Positions 51,580 to 58,326 of a stretch of DNA of 60,770 nucleotides are shown piece by piece. The translations under genes were made by a program, and so were the position numbers. The stretch's first letter is position 1; each line of letters begins with the position of its first letter. The notes under the pieces are model-generated. The model saw nothing but the letters and a program-made list of their open reading frames with translations, did no database searches and was not told the origin of the DNA. Origin of the DNA: an uncultured Planctomycetales bacterium (GTDB lineage Bacteria > Omnitrophota > Gorgyraeia > Aquiviventales > Aquiviventaceae); NCBI GenBank assembly GCA_964373175.1, contig CAYJTP010000003.1:12177-72946 (forward strand), read 5' to 3'.

Positions 51580-53076
51580 TCAGCGGGCCGGGGCGATCAT
51601 CACGCCGTCAAATCGCGCGAATGGCGCTCCATGCCCCACGTGCATCGACTGCACCGGCTCGCCCTTCGCGCAGTTGGGGACTCCCCACAGTCTCCAGGTT
51701 TGGCGGTTCGAGACCTCCGTACACCGCTGCCAAAATTGATGCGTGATGCCGGTGTACAAGGGGTTCTTGAGGATCGCCCCGAGTTTCCCGTTGATGATCT
51801 CCCAGGCCAGTTCTGTCGTAAACTGAAAGTTGAGGCGGCGATCGTCAATCGACCAGCTCTTGTTGGTCGACAACAGATACCCGCGCTTGATGTCCTGGAT
51901 CAGCTCCTCGAAGGTTGCGGTGCCGGGTTCGAGGTTCACATTCGTCATACGCACAAGCGGCGGGGCATCCCACAGCTCGGCCCGCATCGCTCCACCGCTA
52001 GCAGGGAATCCCACCCTCGCGGCCGATTCCCGGGAACTGAGATAGCCGACGAACATGCCGCTGCGCACGAGGTCCACCCGCTGGGCGGGCGTGCCTTCGT
52101 CGTCGTAGCCGAAGCTGCCCACCCCGCCGGGGATCGTGGCGTCCGCGACAATCGTCACGTGGTCAGAGCCGTAGCGAAAATGCCCCAACCGATCTGGGGT
52201 GAGGAAACTGCCTCCCGCATAGCTCAGTTCCTGGCCGAGGACACGGTCCAGCTCGACGGGATGTCCGCACGATTCATGGAGTTGCATGACGACTTGCGTG
52301 GGATCGAGGACGAGGGTGGTCAGTCCGGCCTTGGGCGGGTCCGTGCGCAACAGATGCAACACCTCGGTCTGGATGGTCTTGGCCCCGCCCACTAAGTCCA
52401 AGCCCTTGACGTACTCAAACCCCGCTTGAGCGAGCGCCCCGTGGTGTGAGTTGGGGTAGCTGCGCGTTTGGACTTCAGCGCCTTGCTGGGCGACGACCTC
52501 AAGACCCGCGCCGCTTTCAACAATGTGCTGCTCGATGCGGGAGCCTTCGGTAGACGCGAAATACTTCGTGCGCTTGAAGAAATCCATGTGGCCCGTCGCC
52601 CGCTTGATGGGTTTGGGTCCGAGGAGGCTTGAGGTGGCCCACAGGAGGTAGTCGAGTTTTTTCGCAAGCGGCACGTCGAATGGATCGATCTGCCAGGGTG
52701 AGCGGTGGATGGCCTTCACAGGCTGACTGGGACACAGGCGGACGGACTTTTTGTTGATGGCGGCGGACGCCTTCGCCAGGGCCACGGCCTGCGCGGAGGT
52801 CCGTTTGAGGCTGGCAAGCGCCAGGTGCGGCGTCGATGCGAATCCCCACGAGCCGCGGATTAAGACCCGAATCCCGACCCCCGCGCTTTCCGAGAGGCTG
52901 ATCGAGGTGACACGGTTGCCATCAACGACCAGGCTTTCATGGAGGAGGCGCTCAAACCGCACGTCCGCATAATCGACATTCCGATGGGTGAGTTCGCGGA
53001 CCAATTGCAGCACGAGGTCTTGCGGGATGCTGAATTTCGCCATGCGCGGATCAATCAAGGTCACCGATGATACCAC
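51580..53076 (-). CDS. tldD: TldD metalloprotease subunit
   Basis: HESCGHPVELD (HExxxH) motif. GTG at 53076, with an alternative ATG at 53043. Confidence 0.9.
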   Translation of the reverse strand: MVSSVTLIDPRMAKFSIPQDLVLQLVRELTHRNVDYADVRFERLLHESLVVDGNRVTSISLSESAGVGIRVLIRGSWGFASTPHLALASLKRTSAQAVALAKASAAINKKSVRLCPSQPVKAIHRSPWQIDPFDVPLAKKLDYLLWATSSLLGPKPIKRATGHMDFFKRTKYFASTEGSRIEQHIVESGAGLEVVAQQGAEVQTRSYPNSHHGALAQAGFEYVKGLDLVGGAKTIQTEVLHLLRTDPPKAGLTTLVLDPTQVVMQLHESCGHPVELDRVLGQELSYAGGSFLTPDRLGHFRYGSDHVTIVADATIPGGVGSFGYDDEGTPAQRVDLVRSGMFVGYLSSRESAARVGFPASGGAMRAELWDAPPLVRMTNVNLEPGTATFEELIQDIKRGYLLSTNKSWSIDDRRLNFQFTTELAWEIINGKLGAILKNPLYTGITHQFWQRCTEVSNRQTWRLWGVPNCAKGEPVQSMHVGHGAPFARFDGVMIAPAR

Positions 53077-53138
53077 AAGTCCCGCGCTTTGTCTTGTGGC
53101 GCGAGGCCAACCTTGTTAGAATATCGGCTCATCGATGG

Positions 53139-53279
53139 TCCCACCACCTGGCTGTCGCGGCTTCACGCGATAACCAACCGCGCAGGATGCCGCGACCGAG
53201 GCGGGTGGTGGGAGGCAAGAGGATTGAGCACGCCCGCCGCGGGTCCCGCCCGCAGGCGGGACACAACCAGGTGGTGGGA
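53139..53279 (+). repeat. IR-bracketed start-codon cassette, copy 6 (before ATP-grasp gene)
   Basis: Arms at 53139-53150 and 53268-53279. Flanked by ATGG on both sides. Confidence 0.85.
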
Positions 53280-54670
53280 TGGACTACGTCCCTGAGCATC
53301 TCCTCCGCCACCGATTGAGGCGTCTCAGCCGTCGGGATCTGACGGAGCGCTTGCAGGCGGCGCGGGCGCTCAGTACGGTGCGCGGCTTGCGGTTCCTCGA
53401 TGATCGCAGCCGCCCCCGGACGATTGACCTGGCGTTGGTGCCCTGGCTGCTCACCCCAGCGCAGATCGCGTTCTTTCGCCAGGTGGCCCAGCTCCTGGCC
53501 GATGCGCTCCTGCGGCTTCCCCATCTCTATGCCCAGCAGGCGCGCGTTCGCCAGCTCCTGTTCTTCGATGACACCCACGCATCCTGGGTGCGCCTGGCTT
53601 CCCACCCACGCAGCCGTCCGCTGGCGGTGATGGGACGGCTCGATTCCACCGCGACATTCTCCCACGCGGGATGGCGCAGGGCCTTTGCGATGCTTGAGCC
53701 AAATGCGGTGGGGGTGGGCGGGGTGCACTATGCGCCGACGGCCTGTTCAGTGGTGCTCGATGTGTTGGGGGATGTCCTTGAGCAGGCCTTTCCTGCCTAC
53801 CGAGTCGTTCCCACCCCTGATCCCCGCCAGTTGTTGATGGAGGAACTCACGGGGGTGAGCCGACGGCTTGGTCGGCGCATCCGTTCGGTTGCGCTCATCG
53901 AAAACGCGGACTATACCACCGGGACGGATGAGTTTGGCCAGTTGGCCCGGTATTTCTGCCAACACGGGTTGCACGCCCTCGTCGCTGATCCGCGGGAATT
54001 CCGTCTGTCGCACGGCCGGCTTGTGGCCCAGGGGCGCGAGATCGATCTCCTCTATCGGGACTGCGAACTGAGCGAGTTCGTGGAGATGGAGGCTGGCGGG
54101 CGTCGCTTGACGGCGCTGCGCCACGCCATTCAGGACGGCCGTCTGATCTCGGGGCTGTTGTGGGAGTTCGACCACAAGTCCAGTTGGGAGCTGTTTACGG
54201 ATCCTGTGTTTGGGCGCTACTTTTCTTTGCGCCAGCGACGATTCTTCCGCGCGCATCTGCCCTGGACCCGGCTCGTTCGTGAGGCGGTGGTCTCTGACCC
54301 AACGGGGAAGCGGACCGACCTCATCCGCTACATCAGGCGACACCGGGAGCATCTTGTGTTAAAACCGAACACCCTCTACGGGGGCCAAGGCGTCGTCGTA
54401 GGATGCACCGCGACGCCGGCGCTGTGGGACCGAACCATCGCCAAAGCCCTGCGGGGCTCCACCCACTACGTCGTCCAGCAACTGGCTCGCGTCAGGACTC
54501 ATCGGTTTCCCATTCTCGATCATGGGAGACCGCGAGAAGTAGAGCGTCAGGTCGTCTCTGGATTCTTCTTTAACTCGTCTCACGTCGGGCTGGTGGGGCG
54601 CTTCTCAAGCGATCCCGTCGTGAATGTGTCCCGAGGGGGCGGATTGCTCGCGGCCCTCATGGTCCAATGA
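53279..54670 (+). CDS. circularly permuted ATP-grasp / glutathionylspermidine-synthase-like protein
   Basis: 463 aa. ...HLVLKPNTLYGGQGVVVG... and a C-terminal NVSRGGG pattern recalled from the CP-ATP-grasp type 2 family. The ATG lies in the right arm of IR cassette 6. Confidence 0.5.
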   Translation: MDYVPEHLLRHRLRRLSRRDLTERLQAARALSTVRGLRFLDDRSRPRTIDLALVPWLLTPAQIAFFRQVAQLLADALLRLPHLYAQQARVRQLLFFDDTHASWVRLASHPRSRPLAVMGRLDSTATFSHAGWRRAFAMLEPNAVGVGGVHYAPTACSVVLDVLGDVLEQAFPAYRVVPTPDPRQLLMEELTGVSRRLGRRIRSVALIENADYTTGTDEFGQLARYFCQHGLHALVADPREFRLSHGRLVAQGREIDLLYRDCELSEFVEMEAGGRRLTALRHAIQDGRLISGLLWEFDHKSSWELFTDPVFGRYFSLRQRRFFRAHLPWTRLVREAVVSDPTGKRTDLIRYIRRHREHLVLKPNTLYGGQGVVVGCTATPALWDRTIAKALRGSTHYVVQQLARVRTHRFPILDHGRPREVERQVVSGFFFNSSHVGLVGRFSSDPVVNVSRGGGLLAALMVQ

Positions 54671-54675
54671 AAGGT

Positions 54676-54742
54676 GGATTGCGGATTTGGGATTGCGGAT
54701 TTGCGATTGTGTGTAAATCCGAAATCCGCAATCCGAAATTCC
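54676..54742. repeat. word-repeat hairpin (GCGGATT family)
   Basis: GGATTGCGGATTTGGGATTGCGGATTTGCGATTG-TGTGT-AAATCCGAAATCCGCAATCCGAAATTCC. Confidence 0.8.
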
Positions 54743-54748
54743 TCTAGT

Positions 54749-55576
54749 ATGCCGATGGGCGAAAAGTTAGTTCTTGATTTAGAAACCCAGCGAGATTTCA
54801 CCGAGGTCGAAGGACGCCGCCATGAACTGCTGGGGGTGTCGGTCGTGGGGATTTACCGCTACGGTGCGGACCGATATGAAGCCTATCAGGAATCGGACCT
54901 GGCGGTCTTCGCGCCGCTCCTCCAACAGGCGGAGCTGGTGATTGGATTCAACATCAAGCGCTTTGACCTGCCGGTCCTCGCGCCCTATCTGTCCTTTTCG
55001 ATCTCGACGATTCCGGTGCTGGATCTGCTCGACGACGTGGTGAAACACCTGGGCCACCGGGTGAGTCTTGAGAGTCTCGCCCAAGCGACCCTCGGGCGCG
55101 GCAAAACGGGGAGCGGGCTTGACGCGCTGCGGTGGTTTAAGGAAGGGAAGTTCGATCTCATCAAACAGTACTGCCTGGACGATGTCCGCCTGACCAAGGA
55201 GCTCTATGAATACGGCAAACAGCACGGACGGCTCTATGCCGAAAACCGCTACGGCACCGGGAGGTTGGAGATCCCGGTGTTCTGGCCGGAGCGCAAGCGG
55301 GATCTCGCCTCGATGTTGAAGATGCTGACCGAAGCCTACGAGAAACGCCTGCAAGTAGAAATCGAGTACCTCTCGATGAGCGTCCAGACGGGCGAGTCGC
55401 CCCAGCGCGTGCGCCGCGTCGATGTCTATCATATCCGCGAGCCGTACTTCGAAGGCTACTGCCACTTCCGCAAGGACCTGCGCCAGTTTCGCATCGACCG
55501 CCTCCTCGACATCAAACCCACCTGGCAGCGCTACACGATCCCCGCAGATTTTGTCCCAACTGCCATTGCCGAATGA
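54749..55576 (+). CDS. DEDD-type 3'-5' exonuclease (RNase H-like fold) fused to a C-terminal WYL domain
   Basis: Exo motifs LVLDLETQ, GFNIKRFDLPVL and QYCLDDVRLTKELY. The C-terminal VEIEY...YFEGYCHFRKDLRQFRIDRLLDI matches the WYL pattern. Confidence 0.6.
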   Translation: MPMGEKLVLDLETQRDFTEVEGRRHELLGVSVVGIYRYGADRYEAYQESDLAVFAPLLQQAELVIGFNIKRFDLPVLAPYLSFSISTIPVLDLLDDVVKHLGHRVSLESLAQATLGRGKTGSGLDALRWFKEGKFDLIKQYCLDDVRLTKELYEYGKQHGRLYAENRYGTGRLEIPVFWPERKRDLASMLKMLTEAYEKRLQVEIEYLSMSVQTGESPQRVRRVDVYHIREPYFEGYCHFRKDLRQFRIDRLLDIKPTWQRYTIPADFVPTAIAE

Positions 55577-55578
55577 TC

Positions 55579-55654
55579 AAAGACAGACCTCAGACAACAG
55601 ACATCAGTTTAGCGATCTGTAGTCTGAAGTCTGAGGTCTGACGTCTGAAGTCTG
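55579..55654. repeat. word-repeat hairpin (CAGAC/GTCTG family) abutting the MBL gene ATG
   Basis: AAAGACAGACCTCAGACAACAGACATCAG ... CTGTAGTCTGAAGTCTGAGGTCTGACGTCTGAAGTCTG followed directly by ATG 55655. Confidence 0.8.
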
Positions 55655-56404
55655 ATGAAAATCGTCATCCTCGGCAGTGGCACCGGCGTCCCCGTCAAGA
55701 CGCGTGGCTACGCCGGGATCCATGTTCGCGTGGCGGGCGAGCACCTCCTCCTCGACGCTGGCCCAGGGACCTTGAAGCAGCTTGTCAGGCTTGGGGTGAC
55801 CTATGTGGACCTTGACCGGATTTTCCTCACCCATTACCATCCGGATCACTGCCTCGACCTCGTCTCGATCCTGTTTGCGATGCGCCTGCCCGAGCCCGCC
55901 CGGACAACACCCCTCATCATCTATGGTCCGCGGGGACTGCGCACGCTGTACCGACGTCTCAACACGGCGTTTCATCACTGGATCGCCCCGCGCACCTACC
56001 GCTTGACGCTGCGCGAACTCGGCGACACGACGTTGCGGCTCGGCGGCTATACGGTGCGGACCAAACGGATGAACCACTCAACCGCGGCTCTAGGCTATCG
56101 GCTCGAGGCTCAAGGCAAAAGCGTCACCTATTCGGGTGATACGGATGTGTGTCCAGAAATTGTCCAGCTTGGCCACAAGGCGGACCTCCTCATCCTGGAG
56201 TGTTCCATGACCGATGAGCGCAAAGTGCGCGGCCACCTCACGCCAACCGAATGCGGCCAGATCGCGGCTCACGCCCGCTGCCGTCGTCTGGTTCTCACCC
56301 ACTTCTATCCAGTCTTCCAGGGTTATCACATCCGCCAACGGGTGCGCCGGTCGTTTCATGGGCCTGTGACCCTCGCCACAGATTTTGCCTCGTTTCGTCT
56401 CTAG
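55655..56404 (+). CDS. MBL-fold metallo-hydrolase (short RNase Z/ElaC-like)
   Basis: MKIVILGSGTG and THYHPDHCLD motifs. Confidence 0.8.
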   Translation: MKIVILGSGTGVPVKTRGYAGIHVRVAGEHLLLDAGPGTLKQLVRLGVTYVDLDRIFLTHYHPDHCLDLVSILFAMRLPEPARTTPLIIYGPRGLRTLYRRLNTAFHHWIAPRTYRLTLRELGDTTLRLGGYTVRTKRMNHSTAALGYRLEAQGKSVTYSGDTDVCPEIVQLGHKADLLILECSMTDERKVRGHLTPTECGQIAAHARCRRLVLTHFYPVFQGYHIRQRVRRSFHGPVTLATDFASFRL

Positions 56405-56582
56405 CCCTGTCAGGTCCCTCGACGGTTCCATGATTTAAGGCTGGCTGCTGCGGGTTTCCCACCCCCCGCGCCACACACTCTCGGGCGTTTCCCATTGTTG
56501 AGATCCAGCAGACGTTTTATTAACTGCCGCAGCTGAAGAGGAACGAGACATGGCGCGTCCAGGGAGGCGTTGCGGGGTCACA

Positions 56583-56611
56583 TTGACAGCGCGGTATGGA
56601 AGCGGGATAAT
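56583..56611 (+). promoter_or_regulatory. sigma70-like promoter upstream of htpX
   Basis: TTGACA-N17-GATAAT, about 60 nt upstream of the ATG. Confidence 0.55.
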
Positions 56612-56670
56612 GATGTACCTGCAGCGAAGGGAAACCTCTCACCCGCAGGCCACACAGGAGGCAACAATCC

Positions 56671-57531
56671 ATGAACGTGCTCAAGACAGGGTTTTTGCTC
56701 GTGTTGCTGAGCGTGTTGCTGGTTTTCATCGGGCATGTGCTGGGCGGACCACAGGGGGCAACGATCGCCTTTGGGTTTGCCCTGCTCCTGAACCTGGTGT
56801 CCTACTGGTTCAGCGACAAGATCGTGCTGGCGATGTATCGGGCAAAGCCCTTGGGTGAGGCGGAGGCCCCTCAGGTTTACCGGGTCATCCGGGAGATCGC
56901 CTCTCGCAGCCAGATCCCGATGCCGAAGCTCTACTGGATTTCGACCATCACGCCTAACGCATTCGCCACTGGACGAAGTCCTTCGCATGCGTCGGTTGTG
57001 GTGACGTCCGGGTTATTGCAGATCATGGGTGAAGAGGAGCTCAAAGGCGTCCTCGCGCATGAGCTCAGCCACGTCAAGAACCGCGACACGCTGACCATGA
57101 CGATTGCCGCGGCGATTGCCGGGGCAATCATGTGGCTGGCAGATATGGCGCGGTGGGGGTTGATGTGGGGTGGGGCGCGACGAGATGAGCGTGAAAATCG
57201 TGGTGCCGGGACGTTGCAGCTTGTGGTGCTTATGCTCGTCATTATTCTAGCGCCGCTTGCAGCCATGCTGATCCAACTGGCGATTGCTCGCACGCGCGAG
57301 TACGGGGCAGATGAGACCGGGGCGCATCTTGCCGGCAGCCCCTATGGCCTGGCGAGTGCGTTGGAAAAACTTCAGACAGCCAGCCGTGAGTGTCCACTTC
57401 CCAATGCCAATCCCGCGACGGCGCACCTGTTCATTGTGAATCCGCTATCGGCCGGTACAATCGCCTCGCTCTTTTCCACGCATCCGCCGATCGAAGAGCG
57501 CGTTCGCCGCTTGCGCCAGATGCGCCTGTAA
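56671..57531 (+). CDS. htpX: zinc metalloprotease HtpX
   Basis: HELSHVKNRD motif and 4 TM helices. AGGAGG SD. A consensus sigma70 promoter lies upstream. Confidence 0.9.
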   Translation: MNVLKTGFLLVLLSVLLVFIGHVLGGPQGATIAFGFALLLNLVSYWFSDKIVLAMYRAKPLGEAEAPQVYRVIREIASRSQIPMPKLYWISTITPNAFATGRSPSHASVVVTSGLLQIMGEEELKGVLAHELSHVKNRDTLTMTIAAAIAGAIMWLADMARWGLMWGGARRDERENRGAGTLQLVVLMLVIILAPLAAMLIQLAIARTREYGADETGAHLAGSPYGLASALEKLQTASRECPLPNANPATAHLFIVNPLSAGTIASLFSTHPPIEERVRRLRQMRL

Positions 57532-57600
57532 TTCCGTTGGCCTGTTAGCCAGTGCACCGGTTGACCCGTGCACTCGCTCACTGGCGAAACCCGACATCGG

Positions 57601-58152
57601 ATGAGATCCGACTGGGTCACCATCAGCGCCCACACAGCATCCACGACGGGACGTCGAAGACGATGTCTGGCTCGCATCGGGCATGGGGTGGTGATCGGGA
57701 TGATGAGCACGTCGGTGCTGATCCCTGCCTCCGCCGAGCCGCCCGCCCGTCCAGAGGCAAGCGCCAAGCGGGACGGGGCGACCGACACACAAGGGTTGCA
57801 CCTCTCGGCCCAGGTCGATAAGACCACGGTCGATGTCGGAAGCCAACTGACCCTCACCCTGACGATTGAGGGCGAGTTTGCCAAGGCAGAGTTGCAGCCG
57901 GTTGAATTCCCCAAGGCCCTGCCGGTTGTGGCCCAGAGCCGCTCGACGAATCTTTCGATCCAGTTGGGTCGCGTGCAGCGATCCGTCAGCCTGGTCTATG
58001 TGCTGCTTGCCCAGGAACCCGGGACGTTTCAACTCGGGCCGTTTCAGGTGACCTATCACGGAAAACCAATCCTCACCGACCCTATCCAGATCGTCGTCAA
58101 TAAACCGATCTTGCCCCCTCACCTCGAGGAGCATGAGCGCATTACCCTCTAA
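57601..58152 (+). CDS. BatD-like (oxygen-tolerance family) N-terminal domain protein
   Basis: Signal peptide ...VLIPASA/E, then VDKTTVDVGSQLTLTLTIEG...GTFQLGPFQVTYHGK...SDPIQIVV-like pattern. Confidence 0.55.
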   Translation: MRSDWVTISAHTASTTGRRRRCLARIGHGVVIGMMSTSVLIPASAEPPARPEASAKRDGATDTQGLHLSAQVDKTTVDVGSQLTLTLTIEGEFAKAELQPVEFPKALPVVAQSRSTNLSIQLGRVQRSVSLVYVLLAQEPGTFQLGPFQVTYHGKPILTDPIQIVVNKPILPPHLEEHERITL

Positions 58153-58186
58153 CACCGCAACCGCTAGGGCCTTGTTCTCGTCGAGC

Positions 58187-58202
58187 ACACAACATCTTGT
58201 AG
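58187..58202 (+). promoter_or_regulatory. NrdR-box-like site 1 upstream of nrdJ
   Basis: ACACAACATCTTGTAG, 12/16 match to the recalled consensus acaCwAtATaTwGtgt. Confidence 0.45.
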
Positions 58203-58242
58203 AGATGCCAAACTTTTCGCTTGACATCACCCCCCCCTCTAA

Positions 58243-58258
58243 CCACAATACGTTGTGG
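58243..58258 (+). promoter_or_regulatory. NrdR-box-like site 2 upstream of nrdJ
   Basis: CCACAATACGTTGTGG, with perfect 6-bp palindromic arms. Overlaps a possible -10 (TTGACA 58221-58226, N17, CACAAT). Confidence 0.55.
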
Positions 58259-58326
58259 ATCAAGCTGGCTGGAAAACAAGATCTGGGGGATTTCAGGTAT
58301 ACTGATTGAGGTAGAGGAGGAGGGGG

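Noticed and set aside
58153-58326. A cobalamin riboswitch upstream of the B12-dependent nrdJ
   Set aside because: The leader is only ~170 nt and I could not find a B12-box-like core. The NrdR-type palindromes fit better. An Rfam scan would settle it.
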